Shown piece after piece: positions 22,786 through 30,908 of a DNA stretch of 37,525 nt. Numbering within the stretch: the stretch's first letter is position 1; every line of letters begins with the position of its first letter. The stretch is from an uncultured Nannocystaceae bacterium (GTDB taxonomy: Bacteria > Myxococcota_A > Bradymonadia > UBA7976 > UBA1532). The translations under genes were made by a program, and so were the position numbers. The notes under the pieces are model-generated. The model was not told the DNA's origin. It ran no database searches and was given only the letters and a program-made list of their open reading frames with translations. The stretch lies in assembly GCA_964402225.1 (NCBI GenBank), contig CAYOBQ010000083.1, forward strand, positions 1-37,525, given 5' to 3'.

Positions 22786-23952
22786 TCACTTCGCCACCTC
22801 TCCCAACGCGGCGGCGAGGCGGACGTACTCGTCCTCGCAGTTGTAGAGCTGGGCGGAGACGCGCAGGAGGCGGGCGGGGGGCGCGGGCCAGGGGGCGACG
22901 GGGGCCTCGATGTGATAGCGGTCGAGCAACACCTCCTGCAGCGGGTCGCGGTAGAGCTGCGTCCCCTCCTCGCCGGGCTGGCCATCGGGGAGCGGGACCG
23001 AGACCATCGAGCCGATCATCTCGTCGGGGACCGGTGGTTCGATGTCTGTGGCCTCGCAGAGCAGGTCGCGGGCGCGCAGCGCGAGGGCGTGGTTGTGGGC
23101 GCGCACGCCGTCCCAGCCATTGGGGTGGAGGGCACCGACCGCCTCGATGGCCTTCGGGACGCAGAGCCAAGGGCTCGGATCGAAGGTCCCCGGCCAGTCG
23201 AACTCGAGGTGGAGCCGGGGCTTTTGGGGGTGGACCATCTCATAGCCGTGGCTCACGACGAGCGGGTGCAGGCTCTCGCGGTGTCGCGGGGCGGCCCAGA
23301 GGATGCCGGCGCCCTTGGGGGCGCAGATCCACTTGTGGCAGTTGGCGGCGTAGTAGTCGGGGTGCAGGCCGCGAATCGAGAGGGGCAGCATCCCCGGGGC
23401 GTGGGCCCCGTCGACCATCACGCAGACACCGCGCGCCTGGAGCTGGGGGACCAACCGCTCGACGGGCATCACCACCGCCGTGGCGCTGCAGACGTGGTCG
23501 ATCAGGGCGAAGCGCGTGCGGGGCGTGACCGCGGAGAGGACCGCCTCGCAGACCGAGTCGGGGGTCACGCCAGCGAACGGGAGGCGGGCGACGACGACCT
23601 CGGCCCCCGCGCGCCGGGCGACAAAGCGGACGGCCTTGCGGCACGCGGCGTAGCCCTGATCGGTGACCAACAGCTCGTCGCCGGGTGAGAGCTCGAGGCC
23701 CCGCAGCACGGTGTTGACGCCGCTGGTGGCGTTGGTGACGAAGGCGAGGCCCTCCGGATCGGCGTCGACGAAGGTGGAGACGACCCGCCGCGCCGCGTCG
23801 ATCTCGTCGAAGAGCTCACCGAGGAAGAAGCGGACAGGCCGTCGCTCCATTCGCGTCCGAATCGCCGCCTGGGCAGCGAGCACCACCTCCGGGCAAGCGC
23901 CGAAGGAGCCGTGGTTGAGAAACGCGATGTCGGGATCGATGCGCCACGTCAC
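22786..23952 (-). CDS. PLP-dependent aminotransferase class V fold enzyme (isopenicillin-N-epimerase / cysteine-desulfurase-like)
   Basis: Motifs: IAFLNHGSFGACP (the class V N-terminal motif, typically read ...IYLDNAATT, here in 'LNHGSFG' form), FALIDHVCSATAV, VDGAHAPGMLPL, ANCHKWICAPKGAGILW (PLP lysine in a CHK context). The start is taken at the GTG at 23952 (AGGGTG 7 nt upstream, VTWRIDPDIAFLNHG...). The track ORF extends to an ATG at 24081 but that extension is Arg/Trp-rich. The stop is 2 nt from the ABC ATPase start. Confidence 0.85.
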   Translation of the reverse strand: MTWRIDPDIAFLNHGSFGACPEVVLAAQAAIRTRMERRPVRFFLGELFDEIDAARRVVSTFVDADPEGLAFVTNATSGVNTVLRGLELSPGDELLVTDQGYAACRKAVRFVARRAGAEVVVARLPFAGVTPDSVCEAVLSAVTPRTRFALIDHVCSATAVVMPVERLVPQLQARGVCVMVDGAHAPGMLPLSIRGLHPDYYAANCHKWICAPKGAGILWAAPRHRESLHPLVVSHGYEMVHPQKPRLHLEFDWPGTFDPSPWLCVPKAIEAVGALHPNGWDGVRAHNHALALRARDLLCEATDIEPPVPDEMIGSMVSVPLPDGQPGEEGTQLYRDPLQEVLLDRYHIEAPVAPWPAPPARLLRVSAQLYNCEDEYVRLAAALGEVAK

Positions 23953-23997
23953 GAAGGGCACCCTACCCCAACGTCTCCCCGACCACCCGACCGCGCG

Positions 23998-24030
23998 GGG
24001 GTCTGCCCCCACATTCGTGGGGCGAGACCC
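23998..24030. promoter_or_regulatory. 33-bp imperfect palindrome in the divergent intergenic region (candidate operator)
   Basis: GGGTCTGCCCCCACATTCGTGGGGCGAGACCC has outer arms GGGTCT/AGACCC and inner arms CCCCAC/GTGGGG around ATTC. A second copy of the core CACATTCGT sits at 24064-24072, 54 bp away. The region lies between the aminotransferase start (23952, - strand) and the lipoprotein start (24141, + strand). Confidence 0.3.
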
Positions 24031-24140
24031 ATGGGTGGACGTCACAGGTTCCGTACGACGCCACACATTCGTCGCTGGCACGCCTGTTGCGAAGCCCCCC
24101 CCTCGCCCCCAGGGGCAGCATTCGAAACAGGAGGGTTCAT

Positions 24141-25751
24141 ATGAGTTCGTTTCGCTTCATCTGCACGCTGGGCGCGTTCGCGCTGCTCGCTGGTTGCGGA
24201 GAGTCCGAGGAGCCGGACGTCAACACCGCGGCGCTCCAGCTCACCTCGGACGTGCTCGCAGACACCGACGTCGCCGGCGTGAACTACACGGCCACCCAGG
24301 TCGACTGCGACACCGGGGTGCCCCTCGTCCCGGCGGTGATCATCGCCGCCTTCGAGGAGCTGGTCGACGCGTTCCTGCCCGGGGGCAACGGGACCTTCGA
24401 GGACGCGCCCTACGACGCCAACTCCCAGCATCTCTTCTCCGACCACTTCTTCTGGCTCCCCGAGGGCTGCTACGACGTGGAGGTCGTCCCCGTCGATGCC
24501 AACGGCGACCCATCGACGGATTGCCTGCCCGCCCACGCCGAGAACGTCGCGGTGGTCGATGGGCAGACCACGGAGATCCTGCTCATCAGCCAGTGCGAAG
24601 GTGATCCCGCCGGGGGGTTGGACGTGATCACCACCATCAACCACCCGCCGCAGATCATCGGGCTGACCTACGGGCCGTCCAAGTTCGCGTGCGAGGGTAC
24701 GATCGAGGTCTGCGTAGAGGTCAGCGATCCCGACTCCGATCCGCTGACGGCCGAGCTCATCCCCCAGCAGCCGGGCGTGCGCCCCATCGCGACCTCCCAG
24801 AAGGAGACCCGGGAGGGCACCACGCTCTTCTGCGCGACCTTCGAGTTCGAGGGGCCGGGGACCTACAACGTCACGGGGGTGGTCTACGATATGGGCTGGG
24901 ACGAGAACGGCGATCCCGTCACCATCGAGAGCCTCCTCGCCGCCCAGGGCGATCCCTCGCCCTCGAATGACTCGATCACCTTCCCGATGCACGTCCTCGA
25001 CCCCGAAGCCTGCATCTGCGCCTGTCCCGACGGCTTCGAGCTCAACGCCGCCGGCGACGCCTGCGAGCGGACCGTCGAGGAGCCCGCTGTCTTCAACGGC
25101 TCGCTGCTCGAGGTCTGTCGCGGCAACACCGCCAACGTCTACGGCATCCTCGGCGGTCAGTTCCCGGACGGGCTGATCGTGCCCAACGCCTTCTTTGGCG
25201 ACAACACCGCGCTCAACGGCCGCCTCAACGAGGTGGGTATCTGGGCGTGCGGCCCCCTGGGTCAGCTCGGTGGGCCGAGCACGCAGCCGGTCAACGAGTG
25301 GGTCGGATTCAGCCGCTGCCTGGAGGTCGCGGCGGAGGGCGAGTACGTCGTCGGGATCGCCGCCGACAACGACGTGCGCTTGACCGTCGATGGCACCCTC
25401 GTCTTCGAGAAGGTGGGGGCCAACGTCAACCACTTCCGCTACTGGTGGATGGTGCCGATCTCGCTGACAGCTGGGACCCACATCATCGAGATGGAGGGGC
25501 TCAACGCGGGGAATATCGCCGCCTTCGGCGCCGAGCTCTACGGGCCCTACCCCGCCGGCTCGACGGCCAACGACGCGGCGATGGCGGGCCTCGACTACGC
25601 CAACAACATCCTCTGGAGCACCGGCGACCAGGTCGGCGGCAACTTCCACTCGGGCGTGAACAGTGGATACGCCTGCCCCGACGGCCTCGCGCTGAACCTG
25701 TGCACCGACGAGTTCCTCTGCACCGGCGTCCTGCGCGAGGAGTGCCTGTAG
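24141..25751 (+). CDS. secreted lipoprotein with Cys-rich EGF-like segment and C-terminal PA14-like domain (536 aa)
   Basis: ATG at 24141 (GGAGGG 7 nt upstream) gives MSSFRFICTLGAFALLAGC, a lipobox. The Cys-rich segment is CICACPDGFELNAAGDACE. The C-terminal segment GEYVVGIAADNDVRLTVDGTLVFEKVGANVNHFRYWWMVPISLTAGTHIIEMEGLNAGNIAAFGAELYGP resembles the PA14 beta-sandwich (DD-x-x-x-L-x-I/V-DG...). Confidence 0.75.
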   Translation: MSSFRFICTLGAFALLAGCGESEEPDVNTAALQLTSDVLADTDVAGVNYTATQVDCDTGVPLVPAVIIAAFEELVDAFLPGGNGTFEDAPYDANSQHLFSDHFFWLPEGCYDVEVVPVDANGDPSTDCLPAHAENVAVVDGQTTEILLISQCEGDPAGGLDVITTINHPPQIIGLTYGPSKFACEGTIEVCVEVSDPDSDPLTAELIPQQPGVRPIATSQKETREGTTLFCATFEFEGPGTYNVTGVVYDMGWDENGDPVTIESLLAAQGDPSPSNDSITFPMHVLDPEACICACPDGFELNAAGDACERTVEEPAVFNGSLLEVCRGNTANVYGILGGQFPDGLIVPNAFFGDNTALNGRLNEVGIWACGPLGQLGGPSTQPVNEWVGFSRCLEVAAEGEYVVGIAADNDVRLTVDGTLVFEKVGANVNHFRYWWMVPISLTAGTHIIEMEGLNAGNIAAFGAELYGPYPAGSTANDAAMAGLDYANNILWSTGDQVGGNFHSGVNSGYACPDGLALNLCTDEFLCTGVLREECL

Positions 25752-25754
25752 CGC

Positions 25755-27698
25755 CTACCGCACGCGCTCTAGCGTGATGGTCTCGGCGCGGGCGTCCACG
25801 AAGGCGCGGACGGGCTTGCGGATCTCGGCGTAGCGCGCCACCGGATACCCGCCGGGGGTGCGCGTGAGCGTGCGCTCGACGTGAACGGTCCCGCCCTCGA
25901 CGCGCGCCGCGAGGCGGAAGGCGAAGCCGGGGCCGGAGAGCTCGGCGGCGCCGGGGAGCTTCGCGACGCGCCACCCCTCGGGGATCGTGAGCTCGAGGTG
26001 GTCGGCGACCACCCCGTGGTCCCGCACGGAGATCTCGTGGGTGCGCCCCTTCTTCCCGAAGAGCTCACCCCGGCCCGCCCCGAGCACCCCGAGGGGCACG
26101 ATCAGGCGGCCGTCGAGCTCGGTGGCGTACTCCGGGATCTCCAACTTCATCGCTCGAGTACAGCTCGCCGGGCGCTTCCGGCACGTGTCGCGGCCCACCT
26201 CGCTCAGGGTCCCGGTGGGCCAGCGGTTGTCGCGGAGCCGCTCGGCGTTCTCCTCCCAGCGGCGGTCCGTCCAGGTCCGCCGCATGCGGTGGCGGTGGGA
26301 CGCCCAGCCACCGAGCCACGTCGACTCGACCGCGCCCTCGAGCCCACCGTCGGCGGCGAGCCGGAGCTTCAGGTGCTCGCGGGTCTCGCTGGTGGGCGCC
26401 GGCTCACCTTGAGTCACGGTGGTGCGCACCATCACCTCCTCGCCCTTGGCCTTCTTCTTCGCGAAGAGGATCTGGGCCGGTACGCCCCGCGCGTATTGGG
26501 GCAACTCGCCTGCCTCGCAGGCCTCGCAGGCCGGATCGATCCACAACGGCGCGGCGAGCCCCTCTTGCTCGGGGACGTAGACGAGGATGTGGTCGAAGGC
26601 CCGTGAGTTCGGGAAGTCGAGGCCGACCTGCCAGGTGCGGAAGCGGCGCGCGTAGGCGAAGCGTGACTCGACGCCGGCCCCCTCCAGGAGCGTCCGCGTG
26701 AGGAAGGCCTTCTCGTGGTGGGAGGCGCGCTTCGTCTCCAGCACCTCGGCGAGGGGGTCGAGCCCGCCCCGGCCGACGTAGTGCGTGTGCTCCCGGACCC
26801 AGTTCACGACCCGACCGACCTTGCAGCGCGGGCCCGAGCAGTCGCTCACATCCACTCGCTCAGCGAAGCCCTCGAGCTCCTCCTCGTTCTCGATGTAGAG
26901 CGGGATCGCCTTGCTGCGGTTCACGCCCTTCCTGTCCTTGCGAAAGCTCCACGTGTGATACGGGAAGACGACCTGCTTCACGCGCATGCGGGCCCAGGGC
27001 TCGATGGAGGACCGGTGCGGGAGGAAGTCGCCCCGGGGCCGCGCCGGCAGGTCGTCGAGGGCCCAGCTCAGCCGCCACCCCGGTCCGGCGTCCTTGTCGA
27101 CCTGGATCTTCGTGTCGCTGTTGAAGACCCGCATCGCGTAGCGCACCTCGTCGCTCCCGCTGAAGCTGAGCCGGTAGCGCTGCACGGGGATGCGGGTCAT
27201 CGGGAAGCGCCCGACCTCGAACCGCACACCCTTGTAGCGGTGGATGAGCTCGACCTCGATGATGCTGCCGACGACCACCCGCGGGAACGTCAGCGCATCG
27301 ACGGTGTAGACCTCGTCGTCCTCGTCGCCGTGCTCCTCCTCGGAGATGAAGGCGTCACGCCCGACCTCCACGACCTCCCCATCAGGGCGGATGTTCCGAG
27401 CGCGGAAGCCCACCAGCTCGGTGGACCGCTCGTGGCGCCGCATCGTGAACTTCCCGAACTTGTTGAAGGCCGACTCGCTCTGGATCGCCACCACGTGCAG
27501 CAAGCGCTGCTCGGTGTACCAGCGGCTCCGAGGACGAGCGACGGTGAGCCACTCCTCCTCGTGGGCGAGGACGACCGCCGGCGCGTCGGGGTACTTCGAC
27601 ATCTCGGGCGCCTTCCACCGCGAGGTGTCCGGGTTCTGCATCTTCAAGGACGGGGCGCATCCCCCGAGGACGATCAAGCCCAACAACGCCCAGCGCAT
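25755..27698 (-). CDS. DUF3857/transglutaminase-like lipoprotein, paralog A (647 aa), catalytic Cys replaced by His
   Basis: The internal ATG at 27698 gives MRWALLGLIVLGGC, a lipobox. It is colinear with the downstream paralog B. Where B has SYGDCKDKATLL, A has KRASHHEKAFLT. The His-containing block is retained (FDHILVYVP versus NHAILVIDL). The upstream 27699..28052 part of the track ORF is a G/A/R shadow. The start overlaps the stop of paralog B (TGATG at 27696-27700). Confidence 0.8.
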   Translation of the reverse strand: MRWALLGLIVLGGCAPSLKMQNPDTSRWKAPEMSKYPDAPAVVLAHEEEWLTVARPRSRWYTEQRLLHVVAIQSESAFNKFGKFTMRRHERSTELVGFRARNIRPDGEVVEVGRDAFISEEEHGDEDDEVYTVDALTFPRVVVGSIIEVELIHRYKGVRFEVGRFPMTRIPVQRYRLSFSGSDEVRYAMRVFNSDTKIQVDKDAGPGWRLSWALDDLPARPRGDFLPHRSSIEPWARMRVKQVVFPYHTWSFRKDRKGVNRSKAIPLYIENEEELEGFAERVDVSDCSGPRCKVGRVVNWVREHTHYVGRGGLDPLAEVLETKRASHHEKAFLTRTLLEGAGVESRFAYARRFRTWQVGLDFPNSRAFDHILVYVPEQEGLAAPLWIDPACEACEAGELPQYARGVPAQILFAKKKAKGEEVMVRTTVTQGEPAPTSETREHLKLRLAADGGLEGAVESTWLGGWASHRHRMRRTWTDRRWEENAERLRDNRWPTGTLSEVGRDTCRKRPASCTRAMKLEIPEYATELDGRLIVPLGVLGAGRGELFGKKGRTHEISVRDHGVVADHLELTIPEGWRVAKLPGAAELSGPGFAFRLAARVEGGTVHVERTLTRTPGGYPVARYAEIRKPVRAFVDARAETITLERVR

Positions 27699-29629
27699 CA
27701 GCTCTCCTCCTTCATCACCACCACCCGCCGGGCCTCGGCGCGGTGCGCCGCCCCCAGAAAGACACGCAACGCACCATAGGCGTCGGGCGGCACGATCCGC
27801 TCGCGCGTCTCGTAGGTGCGATCGAGCACCAGCTTCGACCCCTCCTGATGCCAACGCAGCGCGTACACGCCGAAGGCGCTCTCGAGGGCCACCGGATCCG
27901 GCAGCTTGCGCACCACGTACCCCGCCGGGAGTGAGAGCTCGATGCGCTGCTTCAACGCGCGCCTGGAGCCGAGGACCACCGGGTAGCGTCGCTCCTTGTC
28001 GGGGAGCTGCGGCGCCACCCCCGAGAGCAGCCCGTCGGCGCTGATCAGCCACCCCCCGGCGGAGCGCGCCATCTCAAGCTCGAGCTTCGCCTTGCCGACC
28101 ACCGGCGTGTCGGCGTCCGTGGGCTCCACTTCGATGACCTGCCGCAGATCGACGACCTCGCCCCGCACCCTCGCGGCGCGACGCAGCGCCTTCTTGCGCT
28201 TCTTCTCCGTCTCCATCGCGAGGCGGGTTCGCAGCACGTCGGCGGGGACCCCCAGCGCGGTGACCGTCAGCCCTCCCCGGCCCTTGCCATCGCCGCCCAG
28301 CTTCAGCTCGGCCTCCACCCGCGTCCAGTTGACTTCGGGCCCCGAGGCCGGCGTCTTCACCAGCGGGCTGCCCCCCTCGCTCGCCGGCAACAGGTCCGCC
28401 TCCTGGTCCCGGAACGGCAACCGGCCGAAGGGCACGCTGCGGTCGGTCGTGTCGGCGTAGACCGGCCCGCTCGGGAGGTCGATCACCAGGATGGCGTGGT
28501 TGGCGTTGCCGACCACCACCGGCAATCCGTAGCGTTTCGGGTAGCCGCCGTGCGAGTGGATGGTCGCCACGCGGCTCTCGATCCCCGCCGCGTCCAGCAT
28601 CGCCGACAGCAGCGTCGCCTTGTCCTTGCAGTCGCCGTAGCTGGTGGAGAAGACGTCCTTTGCGGGCGTGGGCACCCAGCCGCCCATCCCGAGCTCGATG
28701 GCGACGTACCGGACGTTCTGGCGCACCCAGTCGTAGAGCACCTGGGCCTTGGCCCGCGGCTCGTCGGGCACCCCGCGCAGCAGCGCCTCGACGCGCGCCC
28801 GGATCTCCGGCGTCACGGCCGTACGGTCGGCCTGGAGTCGGTGTGCGTAGGCCGAGACCTCCGTGGGCGTGGCGAGGTTGTGCACCTCACCCGCGCGGGT
28901 ATGCCAGCTCGCCAGGCGCAGCCGGACGGTGGGCGCGAGCTGGTACCAGGGCGGTGAGAGGCGCTCCGTCAGGATCGGCGCCTGATCGGCGCGGGACCAC
29001 GCCTGCACACGCCTCCCCGCGGCCTGTTGTGTCGTCGGTGGCTCCGCGAGATCGGCGTTGAGGCGCCGCACCTGATGCTCCGTTGCCCAGCCCTCCGGGG
29101 TCGAGACCTCGAGCCGCGTCGCCTTCACCGGCAGGTCGCGCGCGAGGTAGTGGGACACCGAGAACATGCGCAGATCATCGATGCGCTGGGTGTAGCGGAC
29201 CTCGACGATCGATCCGGGCACGACGGTCCGCGTCACGAAGCAGTAGCGCCAGTCGCTGTAGGCCCCACGGCCGAAGGCGACTCGGTCGTTGGCGCCCTCC
29301 ATGTCGAAGGGCTCGACCTTGCGCTTGGGCGAGACCACCTGACCCTCGAATGAGACGAGGGGCAACAGCTCGGGGTGGTAGCTGACGCCGACTCGCCCCA
29401 GGCGCCGCCCCGACTCCCGCAGCACCAGCGTGCGCCGGTGGGTCGTCACCAGGGCGTAGGGCTCGCCGCTCGTGTGGTCGAGATCGAACTCGACCCGCGT
29501 GTGGTCGACCAGATGGACCCCGTCGACGTCCGGGTAGTCCTCCACGGTCGGCATCGACTTCGGCAACGGCGCCCACTGCGCGCCCCCCCCGCAGCCCAGC
29601 ACGAAGATCCCCAACAGCAGAATTCGCAT
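27698..29629 (-). CDS. DUF3857/transglutaminase-like lipoprotein, paralog B (643 aa), intact Cys-His-Asp motif
   Basis: MRILLLGIFVLGC is a lipobox. The transglutaminase-core-like block is FSTSYGDCKDKATLLSAMLDAAGIESRVATIHSHGG...GNANHAILVIDLPSGPVYADTTD. The N-terminal ~300 aa resemble the DUF3857-type domain that usually precedes such cores. Confidence 0.85.
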   Translation of the reverse strand: MRILLLGIFVLGCGGGAQWAPLPKSMPTVEDYPDVDGVHLVDHTRVEFDLDHTSGEPYALVTTHRRTLVLRESGRRLGRVGVSYHPELLPLVSFEGQVVSPKRKVEPFDMEGANDRVAFGRGAYSDWRYCFVTRTVVPGSIVEVRYTQRIDDLRMFSVSHYLARDLPVKATRLEVSTPEGWATEHQVRRLNADLAEPPTTQQAAGRRVQAWSRADQAPILTERLSPPWYQLAPTVRLRLASWHTRAGEVHNLATPTEVSAYAHRLQADRTAVTPEIRARVEALLRGVPDEPRAKAQVLYDWVRQNVRYVAIELGMGGWVPTPAKDVFSTSYGDCKDKATLLSAMLDAAGIESRVATIHSHGGYPKRYGLPVVVGNANHAILVIDLPSGPVYADTTDRSVPFGRLPFRDQEADLLPASEGGSPLVKTPASGPEVNWTRVEAELKLGGDGKGRGGLTVTALGVPADVLRTRLAMETEKKRKKALRRAARVRGEVVDLRQVIEVEPTDADTPVVGKAKLELEMARSAGGWLISADGLLSGVAPQLPDKERRYPVVLGSRRALKQRIELSLPAGYVVRKLPDPVALESAFGVYALRWHQEGSKLVLDRTYETRERIVPPDAYGALRVFLGAAHRAEARRVVVMKEES

Positions 29630-29649
29630 ACCCAGACGGACGCCCCACC

Positions 29650-30429
29650 TCAGCCGATTTGCGTCACTGTCTCCCAGATCGCGAGCTGCGCACCAGTGGG
29701 ATCGGTGAACACCGACATCAGCGCCATCCCCCCCACGTCCTGGGTGTCGATCCGGATCTTCGCCCCGAGGGCGACGGCTCGGCGGGTGGCCTCAGCGCAG
29801 TCGGCGACGGCGACGTAGGGCAACCAGGCGTCGCGCTCGAGCTCCGCGTCGGAGGGCTTGGGCAGCAACGACGCCAGCGGCCAGGGGTCGCCGGGGCGCT
29901 GGAAGACGACCTGCCCCGCGGCGTAGTCGCTGGCCTGCGCCTCCCAGGGGACGAGCCCGGTGTAGAAGGGCTGCGCCGCCTCCGGGCTCGCCGTGAGCAA
30001 CTGCGTCCAGCAGAACGTCCCCGGGGCGCCGTCCCAGGTCGTAGCCCCGGGCGTCGTGCTACGAAACAGGTGGAAGACGGCGCCGTTCGGATCACCGACG
30101 ATCGCGGTGCGCCCGACGTTGGGCAGGTCGAAGCCAGCGTAGCAGACCTCCCCGCCGAGCTCCGTCACCCGCTCGCAGGACGCATCGACGTCCGCAACGC
30201 TGAGGTACGACATCCAATGCGAGCCCATCGGGAAGTCCGGCTCGAGCGGCATCACACCGCCGACCGCTCGCTCACCGGCCTTGATCACCGTGAAGGTGTG
30301 TTCGCCCATCGGCACGGCGTCGAAGCGCCAGCCAAACAGCTCCGAGTAGAACGCCTTCGCGGCCTCCACGTCGGTGCACATCAAGTCGTACCAGACGAAG
30401 CGCCCGGCCCAGTCGTGTCGGTCGTCCAT
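29650..30429 (-). CDS. VOC-family (glyoxalase/bleomycin-resistance/dioxygenase fold) protein with two tandem VOC modules (259 aa)
   Basis: The first module is GRFVWYDLMCTDVEAAKAFYSELFGWRF...GGVMP...SHWMSYLSVADVDASCERVTELGGEV. The second is GTFCWTQLLTASPEAAQPFYTGLVPWEA...LPYVAVADCAEATRRAVALGAKI. No signal peptide. Confidence 0.85.
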   Translation of the reverse strand: MDDRHDWAGRFVWYDLMCTDVEAAKAFYSELFGWRFDAVPMGEHTFTVIKAGERAVGGVMPLEPDFPMGSHWMSYLSVADVDASCERVTELGGEVCYAGFDLPNVGRTAIVGDPNGAVFHLFRSTTPGATTWDGAPGTFCWTQLLTASPEAAQPFYTGLVPWEAQASDYAAGQVVFQRPGDPWPLASLLPKPSDAELERDAWLPYVAVADCAEATRRAVALGAKIRIDTQDVGGMALMSVFTDPTGAQLAIWETVTQIG

Positions 30430-30466
30430 TCACCCCTCCCTTCTGAGGAGGGCTGAGGCTACCCGA

Positions 30467-30895
30467 TCAGTGACCCGGCGGGCAGTGGAGGGCGGCGACC
30501 GCCTCCTCCATCCACTCCCACGCGAGCTCGCGCAGGTGGTCGGCCTTGCCCTCGTCGATCACGGGGCGGACGCGCACGCGGAAGCCGTGGTCGTCGTCGT
30601 CGCCCCAGTGGTTGTCCGCGGGGACGACGCCGTCGCCGAGGCGGGCGCGCTGGGCGGTGACCTCCTGGATGCGCACGTTGGCCGCGAGGCGCCGCGCTTC
30701 GTCGCGGCTGACGCGCTCGTCGTCGTGGGTCACCTCGACCACGAAGTCCTGCTCCTCCCCATCGGGGCCCACGTTGGCCCGCAGCACGGTGGAGACCACG
30801 GAGTTGTACTCGACCCCCTCGGAGGCGTCGTCGGACTCGGCGCAAGCCCCCAATACCAGGGCGATTGCGGCCACGAGGAAGAATGTGCGCGTCAC
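30467..30895 (-). CDS. hypothetical small lipoprotein (142 aa)
   Basis: MTRTFFLVAAIALVLGAC is a signal peptide plus lipobox. GC3 is high. It lies 13 nt downstream of the DUF1501 gene and 37 nt upstream of the VOC gene on the same strand. Confidence 0.65.
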   Translation of the reverse strand: MTRTFFLVAAIALVLGACAESDDASEGVEYNSVVSTVLRANVGPDGEEQDFVVEVTHDDERVSRDEARRLAANVRIQEVTAQRARLGDGVVPADNHWGDDDDHGFRVRVRPVIDEGKADHLRELAWEWMEEAVAALHCPPGH

Positions 30896-30908
30896 GTCTC
30901 TCTCCTTT

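Noticed and set aside
22758-23688. + strand ORFs 22758..23528 and 22912..23688
   Set aside because: Shadows of the class V aminotransferase gene. Their translations are Arg/Gly-rich.
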